Below are positions 38,496-47,841 of a stretch of 64,000 nucleotides of DNA, piece after piece. The notes below the pieces were generated by a model. That model had not been told where the DNA came from. It worked only from the letters and a program-made list of their open reading frames with translations, and ran no database searches. Location: contig JBBIML010000008.1 in assembly GCA_037444405.1 (NCBI GenBank), positions 1 through 64,000 of the forward strand, written 5' to 3'. Numbering within the stretch: position 1 is the stretch's first letter; every line of letters starts with the position of its first letter. The position numbers were made by a program, and so were the translations under genes. This stretch comes from Armatimonadota bacterium (GTDB lineage Bacteria > Armatimonadota > Fimbriimonadia > Fimbriimonadales > GBS-DC).

Positions 38496-39896
38496 TTACG
38501 CCTTCACGCCCATGATGCGTTCCAGCCCGATGGCGCGGGAGCCTTTGAGCAGCACCCAGTCGCCTCTTTGCACATTGCGCCAGAGCCACTCCCCTGCGCT
38601 CAGCGGGTTCTCGAAGTGCAGCACGCGCTGAGGGGGGAACCCGCCCTCCCTGGCGGCAGCCGCCGTCCATAGCACATCGTAGCCGACCAGAATCAGGTAA
38701 TCAAGCGGCTGAGTGGCAAGCCAGCGCCCCAGTTGCCAGTGCAGGCGCATGCTATAGGCGCCCAGCTCCTTCATATCGCCCAGAATGGCGATTCGGCGTT
38801 TCGCCGGCGCCTGATAGAGCAGCACCTGCAGCGCCGCGCGCATCGAATCGGGGTTCGCGTTGTAGGCGTCGTTAATGAGCGTCCAACCGCCGGGCTGGGG
38901 CTGAATGTTCATGCGCATCTCGGGCAGTTGCACCTGCTCCAGCGCGCGTGCCGCCCACTCCAGATCGACGCCCAACACGGCAGCGACCAGCAGGGCGACC
39001 GTCGCATTCATCAGCAGATGCTCGCCCAGATAGGGCAGGGTGAGTTCAACAATTGCTCGCTCGCCTGTGGCGGGTGTCCGAATCTGGATGACGCCTGTGG
39101 TGCTGTCAGGCGCAAGGCGCGTTTCGAGCAGGCAGGCGTCTGATTCGGGATGGCGTCCGAAAGTCAGCACAGGGCAGGGCGCCAGCGAGCGCAGGAACTC
39201 ATAGAACTTATCGTCACGGGGCAGGATCGCCCACCCGTCAGGCGGCAACGCCAGCAGCAGCTCGCCCTTCGCCTCTGCAATCGCCTGACGGCTGCCCAGC
39301 AGCTCGATGTGTGACCAGCCGATTTGAGTGATGACGCCGATTTGAGGGCGGGCGATCTCGGCAAGGTAGGCGATTTGCCCGCGCCCGCGCATCGCCATCT
39401 CCTGCACCAGCACCCGGTGGTGCGCCTCCAGCCCGAAGATAGTGAGCGGCACGCCAATCTCGGTGTTGAAGTTGCCCGGGCTGCTCTGAATGGCGCCGGG
39501 GTAGCCCGCTTCAAGCGCGGCGGCGGTCATCGCGCGTGTGGTGGTCTTGCCCGTGCTGCCCGTGATGCCGATAACCACCAGATCGGGCACCTGCATGCGG
39601 TAGTGGTGCGCCAGCGTGCCCAGCGCCTGCAGGGTGGAGGGCACGCGCAGCAGGGGCAGCCCTTCCGCGCCAATCGGGATATACTCCACCACCGCGGCGA
39701 CCGCGCCCTTCGCGAACACCTCTTGCAGGTACATGTGTCCATCGGTGCGCTCGCCCCGCAGCGCGAAGAACAGGTCGCCCACCTGCACATTGCGGCTGTC
39801 GGTCGTGACGCCCTGCACGCGCTCCTCGCCCGTCAGCAGCACGGGCAGGCTCACGTGCAACGCCTGCGCAACCTCGCGTGTGGTCATCGCTCTCAT
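38496..39896 (-). CDS. murF: MurF ligase
   Basis: ITGSTGKTTT, NFNTEIG, DAYNANP, GDMKELG, KGSR. Confidence 0.95.
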   Translation of the reverse strand: MRAMTTREVAQALHVSLPVLLTGEERVQGVTTDSRNVQVGDLFFALRGERTDGHMYLQEVFAKGAVAAVVEYIPIGAEGLPLLRVPSTLQALGTLAHHYRMQVPDLVVIGITGSTGKTTTRAMTAAALEAGYPGAIQSSPGNFNTEIGVPLTIFGLEAHHRVLVQEMAMRGRGQIAYLAEIARPQIGVITQIGWSHIELLGSRQAIAEAKGELLLALPPDGWAILPRDDKFYEFLRSLAPCPVLTFGRHPESDACLLETRLAPDSTTGVIQIRTPATGERAIVELTLPYLGEHLLMNATVALLVAAVLGVDLEWAARALEQVQLPEMRMNIQPQPGGWTLINDAYNANPDSMRAALQVLLYQAPAKRRIAILGDMKELGAYSMRLHWQLGRWLATQPLDYLILVGYDVLWTAAAAREGGFPPQRVLHFENPLSAGEWLWRNVQRGDWVLLKGSRAIGLERIMGVKA

Positions 39897-41479
39897 GCTC
39901 GCTTCGCTCCCATCAACTCCAGCACGGTCTCACGGTCGCTGAATGGAAACTTTGTCGTGCCGATAATCTGATAGTTCTCGTGTCCTTTGCCTGTTAGCAG
40001 GATCAGCTCGCCCGCGATTGCCTGCGCCAGAGCAATCGCGATTGCGGCGCGCCGATCGGGTTCAATCGCCACCACTTTCTCGCGTCGTTCGGGCGGGATG
40101 CCTGCCACTATTTGCTCAAGGATGCGTTCGAGCGGTTCGGTGCGCGGATTATCGGCGGTCAGGATCACGCGGTCGGCGAGTTCGGTGGCGATGGCGCCCA
40201 TCACGGGGCGTTTGGTCGGGTCGCGGTCGCCCCCGCAGCCGAACAGGATGGTGAGGCGTGTGGGTTCCAGCGCCCGTGCCGCCTCCAGCAGGCGTCGGAG
40301 GGCGTCGGGCGTGTGCGCGTAGTCCACAATCACGGTGAAGGGAGCATCGATGGGCACACGCTCGAAGCGCCCGGGCACACGCTCCACGCGTTGCAGACCC
40401 TCCTGAATGGCTTCAATCGGCAGTTCGAGGCTGAGCGCGGCGGCAATCGCGCCCAGCGCGTTCTGCAGGTTGTACGGGGCACTGAGCCGAATGCGGGCGG
40501 GGAAGCGCAACGGCTTGCCTGCATCCGCCTGCACGATGAACTGGATGCCATCGGTGTGAATCTGCACATCGGTGGCTCGCACGCGCGCGTTCGGCTGCGT
40601 GCCGTAAGTCCACAGATCGCCTTCGGCACGCTCGGCGAACCACGCGCCCCATTCCGCATCGAGATTGATGACGGCGCGGAACGGTTTGCCCGACTGGCGT
40701 GCCAGCTCGGTGAACAGGCGCAGTTTGGCGGCGGCGTAAGCCTCCATCGTGGGGTGATAGTCCAGATGTTCAGGCGTGAGGTTGGTGAAGATGCCTGCGT
40801 CGAAGCGGATGCCGTCGGCGCGGCGCTGGTCGAGCGCGTGCGAGGAGACCTCCATCGCGACGGCGCGGGCGCCCCGCTCCAGCGCACGGCACAACAGCGC
40901 CTGCAGCACAAACGGCTCTGGCGTGGTCAGGACAGGTCCCTCACCCCCTGCCCCCTCTCCCACGCTGTGGGAGAGGGGATTTTCCATACCCCTCTCCCCC
41001 GCAAGCAGGGGAGAGGGTACGGGTAAGGGGGTATTTTCCAGTGGCTGGGGTAGCACGACGCCCAGCGTGCCAATCAGCGCACAGGGCAGACCTGCCGCCT
41101 CGAAAATCGCGCGCATCAGGTGCGTGGTGGTGGTCTTGCCGTTGGTGCCCGTGACGCCCACCACCGTTAGCTGGCGACTCGCGTCCCCGTAAAATCGTTG
41201 AGCGATTCGCCACAGTGCATCGCGCGTGTCGTCCACCTGTGCCCATGCGGGGGCGTCGGGCGGGATGGCGCGTGCATCGCTCACCAGCAGCGCGGCGGCG
41301 CCCCGCTTAATCGCCTCTTGCAAGAACTGATGCCCGTCGTGGCGCGTGCCTTTGAGCGCAACGAACAGATCGCCCGCCTGCACCTGACGCGAATCGACCT
41401 GAATGGCGCGGATCCAGCTGTCGCCATACAGCCGATGCGCCACGCCAGCCTCCTGCAACAGTTCGCTCAAGCGTTTCAT
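39893..41479 (-). CDS. murE: MurE ligase (DNPR, meso-DAP type)
   Basis: TGTNGKTT, MEVSSH, DYAHTPD, GCGGDRD, DNPR, GKGHE. Confidence 0.96.
   Translation of the reverse strand: MKRLSELLQEAGVAHRLYGDSWIRAIQVDSRQVQAGDLFVALKGTRHDGHQFLQEAIKRGAAALLVSDARAIPPDAPAWAQVDDTRDALWRIAQRFYGDASRQLTVVGVTGTNGKTTTTHLMRAIFEAAGLPCALIGTLGVVLPQPLENTPLPVPSPLLAGERGMENPLSHSVGEGAGGEGPVLTTPEPFVLQALLCRALERGARAVAMEVSSHALDQRRADGIRFDAGIFTNLTPEHLDYHPTMEAYAAAKLRLFTELARQSGKPFRAVINLDAEWGAWFAERAEGDLWTYGTQPNARVRATDVQIHTDGIQFIVQADAGKPLRFPARIRLSAPYNLQNALGAIAAALSLELPIEAIQEGLQRVERVPGRFERVPIDAPFTVIVDYAHTPDALRRLLEAARALEPTRLTILFGCGGDRDPTKRPVMGAIATELADRVILTADNPRTEPLERILEQIVAGIPPERREKVVAIEPDRRAAIAIALAQAIAGELILLTGKGHENYQIIGTTKFPFSDRETVLELMGAKRA
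40938..41031. repeat. Inverted pair of repeat family A inside murE, in frame
   Basis: 40938..40979 (+) and 40989..41031 (-); encodes PLPVPSPLLAGERGMENPLSHSVGEGAGGEG. Confidence 0.9.
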
Positions 41480-43284
41480 GCTCGGTTAGACCTCGCTCTG
41501 CTTTTAAGTTCTCTGCTGGGCTGGATTTTCCAGTACCAGAGCAGGAACTGGGCGATTCGGCGGAAGGTGGGCGCTGCGACCTCGCCGCCGTAGTAGCCGT
41601 TGCGCGGTTCGTCTGCAAGCACCATGACGACGGCGCGCGGTTCATCGGCGGGCACGATGCCGATGAAAGAGGCGATATATTTGCCGCGCACATAGCCGCG
41701 TTCGGGGATGGCTTTCTGTGCCGTGCCCGTTTTGCCCGCGATCCAGTAGCCGGGTATCTGCGCCTGCCTACCCGTGCCTTCCTCAACTGCCTGCACCAAC
41801 GCATGCAGGATGAGCCGCGCGATTGCGGGCTGAACCACCTGTGTGGTTTTCAGATCGGTGCGTCCGTAGAGCAAGTGGGGCTGGATCCAGCGTCCATCGT
41901 TGGCGAGCGCGGCGTAGGCGGCGGCAAGCGCGAGGGGCGTCACGAACACGCCTTGCCCGAAGGCGAGGTTCGCCTCGCGCAGGGTACGCCCATATCGCAC
42001 GCGCTGAGGCGGCTCCGTCCAGCCTGTCCATTCGGAAGGCAGCTCGATGCCCGTCGGCTCCAGCAGGTGGAACCGCTGTAGCCCCCTGTACAACCGCTCC
42101 AGCCCCATTCGCAAGCCAATCTGTGCGCAAGCGATGTTGCAGGAGTTTTTCAGCACCTGCTCGGGCGTCTGCCAGCCGTGAACACGCCCATGAACCACGC
42201 AGTGGATCTGTTTCCTGCTGACCACAAAGCGGTTGTTGCAGAAGAATCGGTCGGTTGGGCGCACGATGCCCGCGTCGAGCGCGGCAGCCAGCACGACTGG
42301 CTTAAGCGTGGAGCCCGGTTCGTACAGGAAGGTGATGGCGCGGTTGCGCAGCGGTTCGGCGCTGCGTTCCAGCCCTTTGCGCGTGATGGGGTCGAAGGTG
42401 GGGCGGTTGGCGAGCGCGAGGAGTTCGCCTGTGCGTACATTCAGCACCATCGCCAGCGCGCCTGCAGGCTGATGTCGGCGCACCAGCTCGTCCAGCGCGT
42501 CCTCCACAGCCTGTTGAATTTCGACATCGAGCGTGAGTCGCACGGGTTCGCCATCGACAGGCGGCACCCGCCGGCGCAGGGTTTCGGGGATAATGGCGCC
42601 GTTCGGCGCGACCTCGCCCTCTTCCTGACCATTTTTGCCGTTCAGGCGCGCGTCCATCGAAAGCTCCAGCCCGCAAAGGGGCTTGAGCGTGTTGCCCTGT
42701 TCGCGGTTCTCTTCGAGGGTGGTCAGCCCCACGACCTGGGCAGCAAGCCGTCCTTCGGGCAGATCGCGCGAGGGCACGACCTCTCTCATGAGGATGGCGA
42801 GCCGTTCACGGGTAGGTGTGCGCCGATAGGCTTGCAGGAGCGGTTCGGCGCGCGCCTGCGGCACGAAGGTGGCGATTCGCAGGTAGCGGGACCCGATCGC
42901 CTGCGCCCCTTCGATGGCAGCCTGCAGACGGTTCGCGTCGAGTTTCAGCCCCTGTGCGAGCCAGCGAGCGGTCGCAGCGGGATCGCGCACGCTCCGCGGG
43001 TCAATCGCCAGGTGGTAATGGAAGGTGGTGCGGGCGAGGGGTCGTCCATAGCGGTCAAGGATGGCGCCGCGTCGGGCGAGCAGTGGGCGCGTGCGCTCAC
43101 GACGAATGCGGGCAGCCTCACGCATCTCCTCCGCCTGAAGTACCTGCAGGGTGAAGAGCCGCCCGACAATCAGCATGCCGCCCAGCGCCATCAGCCCACT
43201 CGCGACCGCCAGGCGCTGCGACTCCTGCTGGCGCTGGCGTGCCTCGCCCGCTGTATACACGACCGCTGTGCCCCGCTGTTTCAC
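41476..43284 (-). CDS. ftsI: Class B penicillin-binding protein (FtsI-like)
   Basis: RRGAILDR, EPGSTLK (SxxK), SCN, KTGT. Confidence 0.88.
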   Translation of the reverse strand: MKQRGTAVVYTAGEARQRQQESQRLAVASGLMALGGMLIVGRLFTLQVLQAEEMREAARIRRERTRPLLARRGAILDRYGRPLARTTFHYHLAIDPRSVRDPAATARWLAQGLKLDANRLQAAIEGAQAIGSRYLRIATFVPQARAEPLLQAYRRTPTRERLAILMREVVPSRDLPEGRLAAQVVGLTTLEENREQGNTLKPLCGLELSMDARLNGKNGQEEGEVAPNGAIIPETLRRRVPPVDGEPVRLTLDVEIQQAVEDALDELVRRHQPAGALAMVLNVRTGELLALANRPTFDPITRKGLERSAEPLRNRAITFLYEPGSTLKPVVLAAALDAGIVRPTDRFFCNNRFVVSRKQIHCVVHGRVHGWQTPEQVLKNSCNIACAQIGLRMGLERLYRGLQRFHLLEPTGIELPSEWTGWTEPPQRVRYGRTLREANLAFGQGVFVTPLALAAAYAALANDGRWIQPHLLYGRTDLKTTQVVQPAIARLILHALVQAVEEGTGRQAQIPGYWIAGKTGTAQKAIPERGYVRGKYIASFIGIVPADEPRAVVMVLADEPRNGYYGGEVAAPTFRRIAQFLLWYWKIQPSRELKSRARSNRA

Positions 43285-43733
43285 ATCTCTCCCTCCTGTG
43301 AAGGTCGTGTCGCTGTCGCGACCATTGCCAGTGGACGGTCAACGGCAGCAACGGTGGTAACAGAGACAACCGCTGCGCTCTGGGTCTCGGCGCGCACCAT
43401 GCCCTGCGCCTGCGCCCAGTGCTGAACGACTGGCTCCGCCGTGAGCGCGTTCAGGTGCATCCGCAACGCCTCATTCTGCTGCTGAAGCTGCTGAATCTCT
43501 TTTTCGAGGGTGGTGCGTCGCGCGCTCTCGTAGTTGAGCAGGGCAATCCCCGTCAGATGCGCCGCGATGAACAGCAGGCAGAACGCGACGGGCAGTATGA
43601 ATACGAGCCGATTGCTCCTGCGGCGAGTGTGTGGGTGTCGGGCAGGGCGAGCGTGAGCAGGCGTCCATGCGCCCGGTGGCGGGGCAGGATGCATCCTGCG
43701 CTGTACCGTTCCTGGTTTCGTTAAGGTCTTCAT
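43281..43733 (-). CDS. ftsL: FtsL-like protein
   Basis: TM plus coiled coil ending in AQAQGM; lies between rsmH and the PBP; GGAGGT upstream of ATG 43733. Confidence 0.65.
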   Translation of the reverse strand: MKTLTKPGTVQRRMHPAPPPGAWTPAHARPARHPHTRRRSNRLVFILPVAFCLLFIAAHLTGIALLNYESARRTTLEKEIQQLQQQNEALRMHLNALTAEPVVQHWAQAQGMVRAETQSAAVVSVTTVAAVDRPLAMVATATRPSQEGEM

Positions 43734-43757
43734 TGGTTGCACCTCCGTGTCCTCTCG

Positions 43758-44693
43758 CTATGCCACGCGCTGTGCTGCACGCAGTTTCGCGCTGCGGGCG
43801 CGCGGATTCTGACAAATCTCCTCATCCTCTGGCTCTAACGGCTTGGGTGTCAGCACCTGCAGTTGCGGGCGTGGGGATGACGGCGTGCGCGTGCCGCCCA
43901 CCAGCGCATGTTCAGGCTGACGCACGCTCAGATTGCGGAAAGCGTGCTTGACCGCGCGGTCCTCCAGCGAGTGGTACGCCAGCGTCACGATGCGCCCGCC
44001 CACGCGCAGGCAACCGCAGATGGCTTCCAGCGATTCTTGAAGCCGATCCAGCTCGCGATTGACCGCGATGCGAATCGCCTGAAAGGTGCGCGTGGCAGGG
44101 TGGATGCGTTTATCCTGATATTTGCGCGGGATGGCTTCCAGCACGGCGGCAACGAGGTCGCCCGTGGTGTTCATGCGTCCCGCCTCGCGTCGGCGGATAA
44201 TCGCTTTCGCGATGGCGTTCGCCCAGCGTTCGCCCCCGTATTCGCGCAGGATTCGCGCCAGCTCGCCCACCGAGACTCGCTGCAACAGTGTGGCTGCCGT
44301 CTCTGTCTGCGAGCGGTCGAGACGCATATCGAGCGGGGCGTCGTAGCGGAACGCCAGCCCGCGCTGCGGGTCATCCAGCTGCGCCGAGCAGACGCCCATA
44401 TCGATTAAAATCGCGTCCACCTCTGTTATGCCCAGCTCGCGCAAGATGTCGGGCAGGTGGCGGTAGTCCCCGTGGATCAGGTGGAGTGTGACAGGCAGGT
44501 CGCGCAGGTGCTGGTAGGCGAGTTCAAGCATGCTTTCGTCACGGTCGATGGCGATCAGGGTTCCGCTCCGTCCGATTCGTTCGGCGAGGGCGCGCGCGTG
44601 TCCGCCCGTCCCCACCGTGCCATCGACCACCACGCCTTTGGGCGGTGGCTCCAGCAATCTCAGCACCTGTTCCAGCATTACGGGCTTGTGCAT
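43758..44693 (-). CDS. rsmH: 16S rRNA C1402 methyltransferase
   Basis: HKPVM, GTGGH, PLDMR, HPATRTFQAIRI, HSLEDR, NPRARSAKLR. Confidence 0.97.
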   Translation of the reverse strand: MHKPVMLEQVLRLLEPPPKGVVVDGTVGTGGHARALAERIGRSGTLIAIDRDESMLELAYQHLRDLPVTLHLIHGDYRHLPDILRELGITEVDAILIDMGVCSAQLDDPQRGLAFRYDAPLDMRLDRSQTETAATLLQRVSVGELARILREYGGERWANAIAKAIIRRREAGRMNTTGDLVAAVLEAIPRKYQDKRIHPATRTFQAIRIAVNRELDRLQESLEAICGCLRVGGRIVTLAYHSLEDRAVKHAFRNLSVRQPEHALVGGTRTPSSPRPQLQVLTPKPLEPEDEEICQNPRARSAKLRAAQRVA

Positions 44694-44700
44694 ATCGACC

Positions 44701-45144
44701 TCAGATGTTCATCTGCACGGCTAACTCCATCAGTTCGTCGCCCTGCTCCAGCTCGGTGCGCATGAGCGCCTCGTAGCGCGGGCGGCTCCAGATTTCGACC
44801 CAGTTCGCACAGCCTGCGATCAGCACTTCCGAGTTCGGCTCGATCTGCGCCCATTCGCGCAGCTCCTGCGGGATGGCGACGCGACCCTGGCTATCAGGCA
44901 TCACTTCGGTCGCGTTGGTGTACAGGAAGCGTTGCAGGCGGATTTTGCGGGGGTCAAACAGTGCGCCGTCATCAAACTTACTGCCCAGCCGCTGCCACTG
45001 GTCAGTGGTGAAAACAAACAGGCAGCCGCCGAAGCCGCGCGTGATGATGAACCGCTCGCCCAGCATCGAGCGGAAGCGCATCGGGATCACGATGCGCCCC
45101 TTGTCATCCACCGCATAGTAGCTTCCGCCCTGAAACTTCGCCAT
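44701..45144 (-). CDS. mraZ: Transcriptional repressor MraZ
   Basis: DDKGRIVIP and DSQGRVAIP repeats, EIW. Confidence 0.95.
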   Translation of the reverse strand: MAKFQGGSYYAVDDKGRIVIPMRFRSMLGERFIITRGFGGCLFVFTTDQWQRLGSKFDDGALFDPRKIRLQRFLYTNATEVMPDSQGRVAIPQELREWAQIEPNSEVLIAGCANWVEIWSRPRYEALMRTELEQGDELMELAVQMNI

Positions 45145-45173
45145 GTCGCGTCACCGCCGCTTGCGTCTGTTTA

Positions 45174-45210
45174 CCACTGAGCTACCACTGAGTCTCCACC
45201 AATCCTCCAC
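45174..45210 (-). promoter_or_regulatory. Putative MraZ operator: four GTGG boxes
   Basis: CCAC on + strand at 45174, 45185, 45196 and 45207, between the promoter and the mraZ start. Confidence 0.75.
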
Positions 45211-45218
45211 TGGGATAT

Positions 45219-45247
45219 ATTATAGCACACGAATGCGCGTTTGTCAA
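45219..45247 (-). promoter_or_regulatory. Consensus sigma70 promoter of the dcw operon
   Basis: Minus strand TTGACA-N17-TATAAT with TG extension. Confidence 0.88.
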
Positions 45248-45351
45248 GGGGTTAAGCCCCACAAACCCCCAGATTTGGGCGAAATTCCCCCCAATTTCCG
45301 ATATGTTGGGGTTGACAGAGAGGGTTTGTGGTGTCCGCAAGAGGTTTTAAG

Positions 45352-45395
45352 CCCCCTCACCCGTACCCTCTCCCCCGCAAGCGGGGGAGAGGGAG
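45352..45395 (+). repeat. Palindromic repeat family A, intergenic reference copy
   Basis: CCCCCTCACCCGTA followed by perfect hairpin CCCTCTCCCCCGC-AA-GCGGGGGAGAGGG. Confidence 0.9.
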
Positions 45396-45416
45396 TTCAG
45401 AAACTGCGGGTGGGAG

Positions 45417-45947
45417 CTACACCTTCCACTTAATCGTGCAGCCAATTGGTGGGGTTTGGGAGTAGTGGGGCACTTCGTTATTCAGCAGGGCGATAATCGC
45501 GTTGCGCACGAACTCCTGCCGTACCTGGTCAGGGTTCTCCCAGTTGTCGTCGAAGCGTCCGTGATATTTCAGCTCGCGCTCCTCGTCAAACACGAAGAAC
45601 TCGGGCGTGCGCGTTGCCTGATAAGCGCGAGCCACGCTCTGGGTCTCGTCGAACAGATAGGGGAAGGGGTAGCCCTTCTCCTCAGCGCGTTTTTTCATCT
45701 CCTCGAAGCTGTCTTCGGGGTATTGCGTCGGGTCGTTCGAATTAATCGCGACGAAAGCCACGCGGTCGCCGAACTCCTTCGCCAGTGCGATCACGCGATC
45801 TTCGTAGGCTTTCACATAAGGGCAGTGATTGCACCAGAAGAACAGCACCAGCACTGGCTTATCGGCAAAGTCTTTCAGCGAATAGGTCTTGCCATCCACA
45901 CCAGGCAGTGAAAAGTCGTAAGCCGAATGACCGATTTCAAGTGCCAT
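45417..45947 (-). CDS. Thioredoxin/peroxiredoxin-like (AhpC/TSA family) protein
   Basis: CNHCPYV, AINSND, FPYLFDE, TPEFF, GCTIKW. Confidence 0.9.
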   Translation of the reverse strand: MALEIGHSAYDFSLPGVDGKTYSLKDFADKPVLVLFFWCNHCPYVKAYEDRVIALAKEFGDRVAFVAINSNDPTQYPEDSFEEMKKRAEEKGYPFPYLFDETQSVARAYQATRTPEFFVFDEERELKYHGRFDDNWENPDQVRQEFVRNAIIALLNNEVPHYSQTPPIGCTIKWKV

Positions 45948-46266
45948 CGTTGCTCACCTCCTTCGCTTGACGGATTGCCTGTCGGAGCATGGTCAGCGAG
46001 GGCAGGGGCGACAGGCGTCCATCTTCGTGGACGAAGGTGCGACAGGTCAGGCGGTAGGGCAGTTCGGGGTGAGGGTCCACCTCGATGCCGTCGATGCGGA
46101 TGGTGGGCGAGCCGATGAAGCGGTGTTGCTCCGCCTGCGCCTGCGTGTCGATGCGGATAATCTCTATCGGCGCATCGACGCCCTCGGCTCGCAGTGCCTC
46201 CCTCAACAGCTCCAGCGCCCGCTCGTGCGAGGGGCATTCAGGGTAGTACAGCAGTTCGATTCGCAC
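45937..46266 (-). CDS. Small thioredoxin-fold protein (DUF2703-like)
   Basis: IELLYYPECPS, FIGSPTIRIDG, CRTF. Confidence 0.75.
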   Translation of the reverse strand: MRIELLYYPECPSHERALELLREALRAEGVDAPIEIIRIDTQAQAEQHRFIGSPTIRIDGIEVDPHPELPYRLTCRTFVHEDGRLSPLPSLTMLRQAIRQAKEVSNDGT

Positions 46267-46287
46267 CTGCGCACCTCCAGTTCTATT

Positions 46288-46662
46288 TTACCCGCGAATC
46301 CAGCCGTTGCGTTTGAGCCAGTGCAGGGCGGCAGCGGCATAGCGTCGCGAGCTTCGCGTCAGGTCGCGCACCTTCGCGACGGTGAGAGGCTCTGGCAGCG
46401 TGCGCAGCTGCTCCGCAAGTTGCTGGAGCGTGTCGATGGGGAAGTAGATGCCTTCGCCCGCATCGACAAACTCGCCCCGTTCGATGCCAATCTGAATCAT
46501 CGCGCGGATGGCGTCGGGCGGCGCGCCGATCAGCCGCGAGGCGCGATGTATCGACGGCACCGCGATGCCTGCCTCCCGATAGAGCGCCTGCACCCGCTGA
46601 TAAAGTGCCTCTTGCCGCCGTGTGCGTTTGCCATGCTCAACCCTGACCTGTTTGCTTTGCAT
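46288..46662 (-). CDS. Stand-alone SelB C-terminal winged-helix-like protein
   Basis: LYREAG...GEFV...GIYF...LTVAKVRDLTRSSRRYA resembles the SelB WH3/WH4 pattern (TVxxxRDxxxxSRKYA). Confidence 0.65.
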   Translation of the reverse strand: MQSKQVRVEHGKRTRRQEALYQRVQALYREAGIAVPSIHRASRLIGAPPDAIRAMIQIGIERGEFVDAGEGIYFPIDTLQQLAEQLRTLPEPLTVAKVRDLTRSSRRYAAAALHWLKRNGWIRG

Positions 46663-46701
46663 AGTTTGATAGTACCCGGACAGCGAGGTACAATAGCGGT
46701 T

Positions 46702-47841
46702 GTGGGCGAGCCGAAGCGGATTGTGGTGCTGACAAGGGCGGGATTAGGCGACGCCGTCTATGTGATCCCGGCGTTGCGGGCGCTGCGGCGCCGCTATCCG
46801 CAGGCACACATCACGGTCATCACGGGCAATCGCGGCTACCCGCTGCTCCAGCGATGTCCTTATCTGGACACACTCCAGTTGCGGCATCTGGGCAACGGGT
46901 TGATGGGCAAGCTGCGCGAGATTATACGCCTGCGCAGGGGACACTATGACCTCGCTGTGATCCTGGACAACAGCGACGAGAAGACCCTGCACGCTTTTCT
47001 GGCGGGCATCCCGCGTCGGGTGGGCGGCGCCAAGCGCTACTTCAGCCGCCTGCTGACCGATGCCGTGCCTGTTGACCCTGATGCGCACCAGATCAACGAT
47101 CTCAATCGGGCGATTGTGGCGCGGCTGGGCTGCGACGTGTCGGACTGGCGGCTGGAGCTGTTCCCCAATCCCAAAGCGGAGGCGACGGCACGGGGCAAGC
47201 TGGAGCAGACTGGCTGGCGCGGGGAGCGACCGCTGGTGGGCATCAATCCAGGCGCCAGCGCGCCCAACAAGCGATGGTTTCCCGAACGGTTCGCTCAGGT
47301 CGCCGACGCCCTACTCGAAGCGGGGGTGCATGTGGTGCTGTTCGGTGCGAGGTCGGACCTGCCGCAGGTTCAGGCGGTTCTGCAGGCGATGCGCCAGACG
47401 CCGATTAATCTCGCCGCGCAGTTGAGCCTGGATGAGTTGATCGTGTGTCTGGGTCTGCTCGATGCGCTTGTCAGTGGCGACACGGGACCAGCGCATCTGG
47501 CGGCGGCGATGGGCACGCGCGTGGTGGGGCTTTTTGGACCTAGCTCCGCCCGCCACTTCGCCCCGATTGGTGAGGGGCATGTGTTTATTGATCGCTCCTC
47601 GCTCTGCGCGCCGACATGCAGCTTCTGGACATGTCGGGGCGATAATCGGGCATGCATGCGCTCGATCACGGCGCACGAGGTATTACAGCGGGTGAGTGAA
47701 CTGTTGAGCGCTTCGCCAGTTGCTTCTCAATGTGTTGAATCGCGAACTCCGCCCGCCTTTCCCACGAATGAGGAGCCACTGCCTCCAGCCTCTGCCGCTG
47801 TAGAACGGGATCATGAGCGGTCTGCAATGCCTCCTCAATAA
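46702..47841 (+). CDS. GT9 (heptosyltransferase-family) glycosyltransferase
   Basis: GLGDAV, INPGAS..KRW, SGDTGPAHLAAA, LFGPS; GTG at 46702 after TACAAT. Confidence 0.9.
   Translation: MGEPKRIVVLTRAGLGDAVYVIPALRALRRRYPQAHITVITGNRGYPLLQRCPYLDTLQLRHLGNGLMGKLREIIRLRRGHYDLAVILDNSDEKTLHAFLAGIPRRVGGAKRYFSRLLTDAVPVDPDAHQINDLNRAIVARLGCDVSDWRLELFPNPKAEATARGKLEQTGWRGERPLVGINPGASAPNKRWFPERFAQVADALLEAGVHVVLFGARSDLPQVQAVLQAMRQTPINLAAQLSLDELIVCLGLLDALVSGDTGPAHLAAAMGTRVVGLFGPSSARHFAPIGEGHVFIDRSSLCAPTCSFWTCRGDNRACMRSITAHEVLQRVSELLSASPVASQCVESRTPPAFPTNEEPLPPASAAVERDHERSAMPPQ

Noticed and set aside
38434..38670. Extended mraY N-terminus that would translate the repeat at 38448
   Set aside because: Overlaps murF; ATG 38433 fits MraY, so this repeat copy is treated as intergenic.
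45967..46701. 245-aa N-terminal extension of the GT9 ORF
   Set aside because: Overlaps two better minus-strand genes; GT9 similarity starts at GTG 46702 behind a TACAAT.
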